DNA of 64,000 nt from the IMG/VR virus record IMGVR_UViG_3300044701_002219; one strand, 5' to 3'. This DNA comes from an uncultured virus (IMG/VR IMGVR_UViG_3300044701_002219) (taxonomy: Duplodnaviria; Heunggongvirae; Uroviricota; Caudoviricetes). The notes below the pieces were generated by a model that was given only the letters and a program-made list of their open reading frames with translations, had not been told where the DNA came from and did no database searches. Below are positions 1 through 7,661 of the stretch, piece after piece. The position numbers and the translations under genes were made by a program. Every line of letters begins with the position of its first letter. The first letter of the stretch is position 1.

Positions 1-2
1 CA

Positions 3-110
3 AGTGAAGGTAGTACTCTCCTAGATGAGATGTATGAGGATGCTTTTAAAAAGATCCGGGATAAGTTCTCTATAGATGAGGTAGAAGCATTTTTAAAAAG
101 TAAACTATGA
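3..110 (+). CDS. Partial hypothetical protein (5' end outside window)
   Basis: Frame open from nt 3 (SEGSTLLDEMYEDAFKKIRDKFSIDEVEAFLKSKL*). Its TGA overlaps the ATG of the next gene (ATGA at 107-110). Confidence 0.6.
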   Translation, partial: SEGSTLLDEMYEDAFKKIRDKFSIDEVEAFLKSKL

Positions 111-328
111 CACCAAAAGAAAAAGCAGAAGAATTATTTGTAAAGATTAACAAAGAAGGACTACATCAAATATCAAGTGTCATAGCCAGACATGTTCGAA
201 AACAAATGATTAAACAATGTGCATTAATAGCAGTTGATGAGGTATTGAACTTTATAAACACAGATGCATTTAGCTATACTAATGAAGAATATTGGCAAGA
301 AGTTAAACAAGAAATAGAAAAGCTATGA
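107..328 (+). CDS. Small hypothetical phage protein (MTPKEKA...YWQEVKQEIEKL type)
   Basis: 73-aa ORF, ATGA-coupled on both sides. Resembles small early proteins of Bacteroidota phages. Confidence 0.75.
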   Translation: MTPKEKAEELFVKINKEGLHQISSVIARHVRKQMIKQCALIAVDEVLNFINTDAFSYTNEEYWQEVKQEIEKL

Positions 329-570
329 AAACAGTAGATGAAATAAGAGCAAAACTTGTAGATCTTGTAGCAGAGTATGACCACATCAAAGAGTGGTATA
401 ACAAAGCTTCTGAAAAATACCAAAAAGATAAAGACTTCTGGGGTAGAGATCAAGCTGATAGAGGTGAGATGGATTATGCTTCTGATGAACTAAGCAAATG
501 TGGTCATAAAATACACATACTAAAGTGGGTTCTTGATGAGGAAGAAAAAACTGAAGGAGGTGGGCTATGA
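325..570 (+). CDS. Small hypothetical protein
   Basis: 81-aa ORF, ATGA-coupled on both sides. Confidence 0.7.
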   Translation: MKTVDEIRAKLVDLVAEYDHIKEWYNKASEKYQKDKDFWGRDQADRGEMDYASDELSKCGHKIHILKWVLDEEEKTEGGGL

Positions 571-662
571 CAGCATTGTCTATAATAATTGCTAGTATGT
601 GGGTAACATACTGGCTTAAAGAAATAGTAGTAGAACTTAAAAAAATGAATAATAAACTATGA
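567..662 (+). CDS. 31-aa single-TM microprotein (not in ORF track)
   Basis: MTALSIIIASMWVTYWLKEIVVELKKMNNKL*. It exactly fills the gap with ATGA overlaps at both ends and has a hydrophobic N-terminus. Confidence 0.65.
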   Translation: MTALSIIIASMWVTYWLKEIVVELKKMNNKL

Positions 663-910
663 AAAAACTATTATTAATATTAACAGTAAGCCTCACTCTT
701 ACAGGATGTAGGAGTTGTGTGGCAGATTATGAACAGAGAAGAGCTGGGGTACAAAAAGTATGTCCTAAGTGTATCTACACAGTAAGTGAGGGTATGCACA
801 TAGCTCAGGATACTAGTAAGCAACCCAACATTATTTATAAAGTATACTTCTGCAACGGAGGTTTTTACTATAATGCATGGGATGTAGATCACCTAACTAA
901 AATACAGTAG
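659..910 (+). CDS. Putative lipoprotein
   Basis: Basic N-terminus, hydrophobic stretch and lipobox LTGC (MKKLLLILTVSLTLTG-C); internal CPKC. Confidence 0.7.
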   Translation: MKKLLLILTVSLTLTGCRSCVADYEQRRAGVQKVCPKCIYTVSEGMHIAQDTSKQPNIIYKVYFCNGGFYYNAWDVDHLTKIQ

Positions 911-911
911 T

Positions 912-1064
912 ATGATGATACTACTTTTAGTAATAGTAGCTATCTTTCTAATCTGTGTTTTTACTGAAAAATCAGATTGGGATAGAATGAAAGAAGCTGA
1001 AAAGCTACCACCTTTTACAAAAGAAGAAGCAGAACAGTATTATAAAGAAAACTATGGAAAATAA
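912..1064 (+). CDS. 50-aa single-TM microprotein (not in ORF track)
   Basis: MMILLLVIVAIFLICVFTEKSDWDRMKEAEKLPPFTKEEAEQYYKENYGK*. It fills the gap between neighbours and has an N-terminal TM segment. Confidence 0.65.
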   Translation: MMILLLVIVAIFLICVFTEKSDWDRMKEAEKLPPFTKEEAEQYYKENYGK

Positions 1065-1266
1065 AACAGCAGTAGAATACCTAATCAGTGTGGTAAAGAG
1101 TCCTGAGTGGCAAGACATGTATATCTGGCACAAGGAAGAAGTCTTTAAGACTGCTCTTGCTATGGGAGAGAAAGATATGCTTAATGCTTTTAGTGCAGGT
1201 ATAAACTGTGAGTTTGGTAATGGTCCAAACTTTGAACAATGGATTAAAAAATATAAACAAGAATAA
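1054..1266 (+). CDS. Small hypothetical protein
   Basis: 70-aa ORF (MENKTAVEYL...) in the tightly packed cluster. Confidence 0.7.
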   Translation: MENKTAVEYLISVVKSPEWQDMYIWHKEEVFKTALAMGEKDMLNAFSAGINCEFGNGPNFEQWIKKYKQE

Positions 1267-1267
1267 T

Positions 1268-1537
1268 ATGAAAACACAAGAAGAAATAGAACAGTTAGCT
1301 GAAAACTTTTACTCACCTACAACAACAGATCTAATATGTTCACCTAAGTTAGTAAGAGATGCTTATGTAAGAGGCTATACACAGTGTCAAGAAGATATGG
1401 GTGAAAAGAAGTATACAGAAGAACAGATCCTATTTGCTTTTGTACATGGAGGAACTAAGGCTGAGGAAAATAAAGATGCTAAGAAGCTAGCTGAAAACTT
1501 TAAAGACGTTATGAAGATACTAAACAGAGAAGAGTAA
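1268..1537 (+). CDS. Small hypothetical protein
   Basis: Start reassigned to ATG 1268 (MKTQEEIEQLAE), 1 nt after the upstream stop. Confidence 0.7.
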   Translation: MKTQEEIEQLAENFYSPTTTDLICSPKLVRDAYVRGYTQCQEDMGEKKYTEEQILFAFVHGGTKAEENKDAKKLAENFKDVMKILNREE

Positions 1538-1561
1538 TGGTAGAAAAAATAACTAGAAAGT

Positions 1562-1795
1562 ATGGCAAAAACAGTATTAAAATGTAAAGGTAATGAGCTT
1601 TATTCTTATAACAGTGACTGGTTTCCTAAGGTAAATATAGGTGAGACCTTACAGTTTGAAGAAGCTTATCCAGAAACCACGGTACAAAGAGGCTTGTATA
1701 TAATAGAAAGTATAAGACATGTTTTTACTAAAAACTCTAAAGGTATGCATGGATCTACAGATATTACCACAATAATAGAATTAAGAACATGGTAG
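1562..1795 (+). CDS. Small hypothetical protein
   Basis: 77-aa ORF overlapping the start of the radical SAM gene. Confidence 0.6.
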   Translation: MAKTVLKCKGNELYSYNSDWFPKVNIGETLQFEEAYPETTVQRGLYIIESIRHVFTKNSKGMHGSTDITTIIELRTW

Positions 1796-2643
1796 AGAAA
1801 GTAATCAGAAAGTCTATGCTTATAAGACCTAGTGGTAGAAGCACGGACTTTATTAGTCCTAGCTTTGGCCACGGGTGTTTGTATAACTGTACTTACTGCT
1901 ACATGAAAAGACATAAGCCTGAGGGATTAGATATAGCAACTAATACTGAGGAGATACTTACTGAGATAGATCATCACGTATGGTTTGCAGATGTGTGGAA
2001 ACCTAATCAAACACACGATAAGTATATTACTTATGATATATCTTGCAACGAGGACTTTGTTTTACATCTAAAGTATCACGAGTGGCAAAAGATCTTTGAC
2101 TTCTTTAAGAATCATGAAAGAGCTATGGGTAGTTTTGCTACTAAGTATGTAAACCCTGAGCTCTTAACTTATAATCCACATGAGAAGATTAGAGTAAGAT
2201 TCAGCCTTATGCCACAGTTTTATGCTGATCAGTTAGAACCTAATACTAGTTCTATAGAAGAAAGAATAAAAGCTATAAACTGGCTAATAGGATCCGGCTA
2301 TGATGTGCATATAAACTTTTCTCCTGTAATAGTAACTCATGGTTGGTTACAAAATTATAGAGCTCTATTCCAGCTGATAGATAGACACGTAAAGTTTAAA
2401 AAGAAAGTAAAGGCTGAGGTTATATTCCTCACCCACAATGAAGCAAAGCATGAGTATAACATAGATAATAATTTACCAGGGGAAGACCTGCTATGGATGC
2501 CTGAGATTCAGGAGTCTAAAGTATCTCAGTATGGTGGAGAAAATCTTAGGTACAAACACGATCTCAAAGCTCAGTACATAGAAGAATGGACAAAGCTACA
2601 CGACGAGATTATACCGTGGAATACTATACGTTATTGCTTCTGA
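1789..2643 (+). CDS. splB: Spore photoproduct lyase (SplB)-like radical SAM protein
   Basis: CxxxCxxC (GCLYNCTYCY). ISCNED, FATK, RFSL and TSSIEERIKA...GYDV...SPVI correspond to SplB-family motifs recalled from memory. Confidence 0.8.
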   Translation: MVEKVIRKSMLIRPSGRSTDFISPSFGHGCLYNCTYCYMKRHKPEGLDIATNTEEILTEIDHHVWFADVWKPNQTHDKYITYDISCNEDFVLHLKYHEWQKIFDFFKNHERAMGSFATKYVNPELLTYNPHEKIRVRFSLMPQFYADQLEPNTSSIEERIKAINWLIGSGYDVHINFSPVIVTHGWLQNYRALFQLIDRHVKFKKKVKAEVIFLTHNEAKHEYNIDNNLPGEDLLWMPEIQESKVSQYGGENLRYKHDLKAQYIEEWTKLHDEIIPWNTIRYCF

Positions 2644-2676
2644 GTAAACTAGTATAAACAATTAAAACAAAACAAA

Positions 2677-3012
2677 ATGGTAATGGATATTTTTTATTTA
2701 ATAGGGTTGATATTTCTATATCACACCTTCACGCTCATATTTAATCCTAAAAGAAACGTAGATATAATGATGCGAAGAGCTAACACGGGCATCATAGATA
2801 TTGCTTATTTCTTTTGGATATTAGTGGGCTTAGCTATATCCCATGATAGACTGTTATTTTTTATAATAATATTGATGGGGTTATTTAGCTATATCTTTAT
2901 AAAGAAAGCTGGTAATGATGAGAAGGAAATCCGTAAGGTGATTATTGCAGACGCTGTAGTATCCGCGATAATTTTAACTATGATTTGTTTACGTAACTTA
3001 GCAGGAATATGA
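2677..3012 (+). CDS. Small multi-pass membrane protein
   Basis: 111 aa with about four hydrophobic segments. Confidence 0.7.
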   Translation: MVMDIFYLIGLIFLYHTFTLIFNPKRNVDIMMRRANTGIIDIAYFFWILVGLAISHDRLLFFIIILMGLFSYIFIKKAGNDEKEIRKVIIADAVVSAIILTMICLRNLAGI

Positions 3013-3257
3013 ATATAAATCTTAAACATTTAGCACAGCAGAAAGCTTCTCTAATCTATGCACAGAAGCAGTTATCTGGAGCTGGTAGAACCAGCCGTTA
3101 TTTAAAAGATCTAGTAAGATTGCTAGAAGAAATAGAGGTAGATTTAGAAATAGGCGGGGAGTCTATTGTAGAACTAGACATGCCTAGACTAGAAGCTATA
3201 GAAGAACGTAACAAGTTCTTAGCTTTCTCTAAAGAATCAGATGAAGATCACAACTAA
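3009..3257 (+). CDS. Hypothetical protein
   Basis: 82-aa ORF, ATGA-coupled to the upstream gene. Confidence 0.65.
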   Translation: MNINLKHLAQQKASLIYAQKQLSGAGRTSRYLKDLVRLLEEIEVDLEIGGESIVELDMPRLEAIEERNKFLAFSKESDEDHN

Positions 3258-3263
3258 AAGCTT

Positions 3264-3668
3264 ATGAGTGAGAAACATAACATATTTCACGGGCAGTTTG
3301 TAAAGCATCCTGATGGATATCTTCAGCCTATAAGCTCCACATTACCTAGGTATATGGAGTTTATAGCTAGCTTGCAAGATGACCAAAAGGTAGAGATCTT
3401 TATGGAAGCCAATGAGGATAGCGGTACCGTGCCTCAGCTAGCAAAGATACATGTGTGTATCAGAGAGTTAGCAAAAGAACTAGGTTATACTTTTGAGGAT
3501 ATGAAGCTGGAAGTAAAAAGAAAAGCCGGCCTTTGTATTAAGAAAGGATTAGGAGGAGAAGTATTTATGATATGCAAATCTTTTGCAGACTGTTCTAAAG
3601 ATGAACTAGGTCTAACAATAGAAGCTATTAATGAAATAGGAGATACTGTAGGTATAAACTTTAGGTAG
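3264..3668 (+). CDS. Hypothetical protein, possibly NinB/YbcN-like
   Basis: TVPQLAKIHVCIRELAKELGYTFEDMK...SFADCSKDEL resembles the NinB-like pattern. Family call is tentative. Confidence 0.55.
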   Translation: MSEKHNIFHGQFVKHPDGYLQPISSTLPRYMEFIASLQDDQKVEIFMEANEDSGTVPQLAKIHVCIRELAKELGYTFEDMKLEVKRKAGLCIKKGLGGEVFMICKSFADCSKDELGLTIEAINEIGDTVGINFR

Positions 3669-3969
3669 GATCCTGATTAGCTTCGGGATCTGGTACCTCT
3701 ATCTCTCTTTTTTCTAGGAGATTCTGTTCTTTAGCAGCCATTTCGATTTCGTACATAAGCGAAGTAAGAGTTTGTATATGATATTCGAACTCTGTCTTTG
3801 CTTGTTCTTTATCGGACATGCGCTTCATAGCCTCTAGGATTTCTTCCTTAGTAGACTTAGAAGTATAGTGAATAGTAAGTTGCTGAAGTCTAGCATAGAA
3901 AGATCCTGTGATCTCCAGTTTAATCTTAGACTCAAAAGGTATAACTTCGATTTCGTGTTTTGTTCCCAT
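3661..3969 (-). CDS. Hypothetical protein transcribed against the + block
   Basis: 102 aa from ATG 3969 (MGTKHEIEV...). An exact Bacteroidota promoter lies immediately upstream. Confidence 0.7.
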   Translation of the reverse strand: MGTKHEIEVIPFESKIKLEITGSFYARLQQLTIHYTSKSTKEEILEAMKRMSDKEQAKTEFEYHIQTLTSLMYEIEMAAKEQNLLEKREIEVPDPEANQDPT

Positions 3970-3974
3970 TGGGA

Positions 3975-4006
3975 CAAAGCTAAATAAAAAAACAAAATAA
4001 ACCAAA
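3975..4006 (-). promoter_or_regulatory. Bacteroidota sigma-type promoter (-33 TTTG / -7 TAGCTTTG)
   Basis: Minus strand reads TTTG (4006-4003), 20 nt, TAGCTTTG (3982-3975), then 5 nt to the ATG. Confidence 0.75.
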
Positions 4007-4009
4007 CAG

Positions 4010-4729
4010 ATGAGTACGATAAACAATGTAGATTTACAAGAGATACAGCATAAACTTTATGAACGATTAAAGCCTTCGGGCTGGGCGGATAAACTAAAAG
4101 GATTTATTCTAAGTGATGACTTCATGAAGATACTGCAGACTCTACATAAAGAAGCTACAGAAAACAAAAGGTTTACTCCTCCTCTTAAGCAAGTCTTTAG
4201 AGCATTTGAAGAGTGCCCTTACAACGATCTAAAGGTAGTAATGATTGGACAAGATCCTTATCCATACCAAGGAACGGCAGATGGTATAGCATTCTCCTGT
4301 AGTAATGACGGGAAGATACAAGCATCTCTAAGGTATATGTTTAAGGAAATAGAAGACACAGTCTATCCTACAGAAGGATACACGTGGGATCCTGATTTAT
4401 CTAGATGGTCTAAGCAAGGTATGCTGATAATTAATACAGCTTTCACGACCACGATAAATAAAGTAGGACAACATTATACTTTGTGGCAACCGTTTGTTGC
4501 TTATTTATTGGATATATTATCCTTTAATAACCCCGGACTAACCTATGTCTTTATGGGAAACAAAGCAAAAGAGTGGATGAAATCTGTACCGGATAACAAC
4601 TATAAGTTGATGTGTTTACATCCTGCAGCAGCAGCGCATGCATATCAGGAGAAGTGGGACTCTGGTGATATCTTTAACAAGGTATCCGATGTAGTAAAGA
4701 AAAGCTTTAACTATGATATAAAGTGGTGA
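4010..4729 (+). CDS. ung: Uracil-DNA glycosylase (family 1)
   Basis: VKVVMIGQDPY-type catalytic motif (LKVVMIGQDPYP), ADGIAFS, SLRYMFKEI, QGMLIINTA, HP motif. Confidence 0.92.
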   Translation: MSTINNVDLQEIQHKLYERLKPSGWADKLKGFILSDDFMKILQTLHKEATENKRFTPPLKQVFRAFEECPYNDLKVVMIGQDPYPYQGTADGIAFSCSNDGKIQASLRYMFKEIEDTVYPTEGYTWDPDLSRWSKQGMLIINTAFTTTINKVGQHYTLWQPFVAYLLDILSFNNPGLTYVFMGNKAKEWMKSVPDNNYKLMCLHPAAAAHAYQEKWDSGDIFNKVSDVVKKSFNYDIKW

Positions 4730-5143
4730 TTATCTTCCTAAGATAATAGATAGGACAAGGACAGCACCTGTGCTTATCCATCCTATCTTAAGCCACTTGT
4801 TAGCATTGGTAGCGTTATCAAGTTTAAGATTAAGATCTTTGATATCAGAATCCTTAGAAGAGATTATCTTTTCTTTGAGGATAAGCTGGTTAGATAATCC
4901 AAATATCTCTACATCCTTTTCTACAATCATAGAATCTCTATTAGCCAACATCAGTTTGCTAGTAGCAAGTAATGTATCACAAGCTTCTAGTTCGATCATA
5001 GACGCAGCAATCAAACGTAGTTCTGTTATACCGTAACACTTAACGGTATCTTGAGCGGGTTTTCCACTTTGTGCGAATGATGCTGTCCAACTGGCTAGGA
5101 CTAGCAGCACCAAAAATAAACTTGATTTTTTCACGTGTGACAT
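4730..5143 (-). CDS. Secreted coiled-coil protein with C-terminal TM (spanin-like partner)
   Basis: Signal peptide ending ASFA|Q, heptad-rich middle and C-terminal TM (IGWISTGAVLVLSIILG). Overlaps the upstream gene by 104 nt. Confidence 0.6.
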   Translation of the reverse strand: MSHVKKSSLFLVLLVLASWTASFAQSGKPAQDTVKCYGITELRLIAASMIELEACDTLLATSKLMLANRDSMIVEKDVEIFGLSNQLILKEKIISSKDSDIKDLNLKLDNATNANKWLKIGWISTGAVLVLSIILGR

Positions 5144-5396
5144 ATATTACTCTGGGTTCAACATTAAGGAGGGAATCATATGATACTTGCAACCGCGATT
5201 GCCTGACACGGCTAGAATCAATCTGCTTCTGTAGTAAAGAAATAGAATCTCTAAGTCTTTGCTCAGTATCAGACTTGATAATTGTCTCAGGCTTTTTATA
5301 AATGATGTATGCTATAAGGCCTATGATGATCAGCAACATCGCTGATATCAAAGCTATATTAGTAGCAAAGCTTTTGTTGTTTGTTTCTTGTGTCAT
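5040..5396 (-). CDS. N-terminally anchored coiled-coil protein (i-spanin/Rz-like)
   Basis: Start at ATG 5396 (MTQETNNK). TM IALISAMLLIIIGLIAYIIY is followed by a coiled coil. Confidence 0.6.
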   Translation of the reverse strand: MTQETNNKSFATNIALISAMLLIIIGLIAYIIYKKPETIIKSDTEQRLRDSISLLQKQIDSSRVRQSRLQVSYDSLLNVEPRVIYVTREKIKFIFGAASPSQLDSIIRTKWKTRSRYR

Positions 5397-5431
5397 ATAT
5401 TTGCTCCCCTTTTGCAATAATACAAAATAAA

Positions 5432-5998
5432 ATGAATAAAACAGAAAACCATAAGCATGATTCTAGATACACAGACGTTAAACAAAACAGAATGAAAGAA
5501 GCAGATAAGATGATTAACGAGTTTAAGCTAAGCTTCAAAGAAACATTTGGTGTAGAACCTTTAGTGGTTTACTCTTTTGAAGAACATTATGTACCTAAGA
5601 TAACTCTTGATGAGTTAGTAGAACTAGCGTCAGACTGTTTAAAAGAAAATTATAAAAGCGAAATCTTCGAAGGAGGAATCCGTAATAGAAGAAGAGAAAG
5701 AATACTGGTCTTATATAGACAGTTGTTTTTAAAGATTGCTCAGCAGATAGGTTATACTACAACCCGAGCTGCAAAAGTTATAGGTTACAAACACTGTACA
5801 GCAATCTATTCTAGAAGAAAGGTAGAAGATTTTATAAGACTAAAAGATGAATTAGTACTAACCCATTACAAACTTTTAATAGATGCCTACGAAAAACGAT
5901 ATGGCGATGCTGGAATTTTTCCAAAAGATCGTAGATTCAACATTGAGCCCGAATCAGTTTTACCTTCTGTATTCGATGAAAGAAAGCATATCTCCTAA
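5432..5998 (+). CDS. DnaA C-terminal (domain IV)-like HTH DNA-binding protein
   Basis: RRRERILVLYRQLFLKIA...AAKVIGYKHCTAIYSRRKV resembles the DnaA domain IV pattern R...RQ...IG..DHTTV....K. Start reassigned to ATG 5432. Confidence 0.7.
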   Translation: MNKTENHKHDSRYTDVKQNRMKEADKMINEFKLSFKETFGVEPLVVYSFEEHYVPKITLDELVELASDCLKENYKSEIFEGGIRNRRRERILVLYRQLFLKIAQQIGYTTTRAAKVIGYKHCTAIYSRRKVEDFIRLKDELVLTHYKLLIDAYEKRYGDAGIFPKDRRFNIEPESVLPSVFDERKHIS

Positions 5999-6503
5999 GA
6001 AGATAAACATACATCAAGAGATAAGAAACTTATTAGCAGATGGATGGATTAAAGAAGGAGATTATCAAGAATACGAGTTAGAACCTAAAGCTTATAGTAT
6101 ACTACATCAAGTAGAAACATTCTTTAAAGTACACAAGAAGAAGACTAGTTCTCAGATACTGGGTAAAGAATTTGTAGAAAGCATGACGAAGTACAACGAG
6201 CTTTTCCCCCGGAAGAAAGCAGGAAGCAACAAATATATGCGCTCTAACATTAAAAATGTAGAGACAAATTTTAGATGGTTCTTTGCAAACTATCAATACT
6301 CCTGGGAAACAATACTAGAAGCAACATCTCGCTACATAAAAGATCAGGAAGCAGATAACTATAAATACACTAGAACATCTATGTATTTTATACATAAGAA
6401 AGATAAAGGTGTAGAGTCATCTGACCTAGCAGATTGGTGTGAGATGGTTGTTGGTGGAGAAGATAACTCTGATAATCAAGCCTTTAAAGAAAAAGTTGTA
6501 TGA
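5883..6503 (+). CDS. Putative replication initiator / helicase-loader-like protein
   Basis: N-terminal winged-HTH-like segment (LSPNQFYLL...IRNLLADGWIK) and YNELFPRK motif; lies upstream of the helicase. Exact start is uncertain. Confidence 0.55.
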   Translation: MPTKNDMAMLEFFQKIVDSTLSPNQFYLLYSMKESISPKKINIHQEIRNLLADGWIKEGDYQEYELEPKAYSILHQVETFFKVHKKKTSSQILGKEFVESMTKYNELFPRKKAGSNKYMRSNIKNVETNFRWFFANYQYSWETILEATSRYIKDQEADNYKYTRTSMYFIHKKDKGVESSDLADWCEMVVGGEDNSDNQAFKEKVV

Positions 6504-6640
6504 GCCTGAGTATGAGAACAATAAAGATGCTGAAAAGTTTGTTTGAAGATAGCAAATGTATTAGCTTTGCACGTAATCCTAATCCTTGCTACCATCTCAT
6601 TAGTGTAAAAAAGTTACGCTCGGGAGATCGTCGCCTTTAG
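6500..6640 (+). CDS. Possible 46-aa upstream ORF before the helicase
   Basis: ATGA-coupled to the previous gene; stops 3 nt before the helicase ATG. May be non-coding. Confidence 0.3.
   Translation: MSLSMRTIKMLKSLFEDSKCISFARNPNPCYHLISVKKLRSGDRRL
6538..6569 (+). promoter_or_regulatory. Bacteroidota sigma-type promoter upstream of the helicase
   Basis: TTTG (6538-6541), 20 nt, TAGCTTTG (6562-6569). Confidence 0.75.
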
Positions 6641-6643
6641 TGT

Positions 6644-7660
6644 ATGACTCAAACCAACTATAGAAAGCGAAGATGGCGCTCGCAAAAAGACTCTTATCAA
6701 GATGCTTTAGACTACATGCATGGTAGAAAAAGCGGGAAGATAACTAGTATAAAAACGCCATGGACAAAGTTTAATGATGCCACTGCTGATGGCATAGAGT
6801 GGAACTCTACAACAGTAATAGCAGCTAGACCTGCAACAGGTAAGACTCTAGTAAAAGATCAGATCATTAGAGAAGCTTTTAAACTTAATCCTAATATGCA
6901 CTTTCGCGTATTAGAGTTTAGCCTAGAGATGGTGGGAAGAGTTTCCGCCATGAGATCCTTCTCATCATTTATAGGCAGAACCTATAAATACTTGTGTAGT
7001 GCAGACGGTACTATATCCGATTCTGATATGCACAAGTGTTTTGATTATGCAAAGCAGATGAAAGATCTACCTATAGATGTTATAGAAGATCCCTGTACTG
7101 TAAACGAGTTCCGCGAAACGATAGCCGAGTATATGGATGCCCACTCTGTGCAGAAGATGGACAAAGATGGAAAGAGCTACCGTGAGTACACCAAAACAAT
7201 TGTCACCCTAGATCACTCACTATTACTTAAGAAAGCGCCCTTTGAGAAAGACAGAATGGATACTCTATTTGCACTCGGAGAAGCACTCACAGATCTCAAA
7301 CGCAAATATCCAATAGCATTTATAGTGCTAAGTCAGCTCAACAGAGACATCGATAGACCAGAAAGAAACGAGAATGGTAAATACGGAAACCATATCTTGG
7401 AGTCTGATATCTATGGATCCGATGCTTTACTCCAACATGCAGATACCCTTATTGGAATAAATCGTCCGGGCAAACAGAAGATTAGATTCTATGGTGTAGA
7501 AAGATATATCATAGACAGTCTGGATGTACTGGTATTCCACTTTATCAAAGCTCGTAATGGTGATACTCGTATGAGTTTCATGAAAGCCGAGTTTGATAAG
7601 ATGAAGGTATCAGAGATGGAACCACCCGCAACTCAGAGTAATAACGTAACAATAAAGTAA
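6644..7660 (+). CDS. dnaB: SF4 (DnaB-like) replicative helicase
   Basis: Walker A ARPATGKT, FSLEM, SQLNR, QHAD, KARNG. Confidence 0.92.
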   Translation: MTQTNYRKRRWRSQKDSYQDALDYMHGRKSGKITSIKTPWTKFNDATADGIEWNSTTVIAARPATGKTLVKDQIIREAFKLNPNMHFRVLEFSLEMVGRVSAMRSFSSFIGRTYKYLCSADGTISDSDMHKCFDYAKQMKDLPIDVIEDPCTVNEFRETIAEYMDAHSVQKMDKDGKSYREYTKTIVTLDHSLLLKKAPFEKDRMDTLFALGEALTDLKRKYPIAFIVLSQLNRDIDRPERNENGKYGNHILESDIYGSDALLQHADTLIGINRPGKQKIRFYGVERYIIDSLDVLVFHFIKARNGDTRMSFMKAEFDKMKVSEMEPPATQSNNVTIK

Positions 7661-7661
7661 T

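Noticed and set aside
1208..5417. Longest-ORF starts at 1208, 4026, 5381 and 5417
   Set aside because: They extend into neighbouring genes or promoters. Downstream ATGs at 1268, 3969, 5432 and 5396 fit gene packing better.
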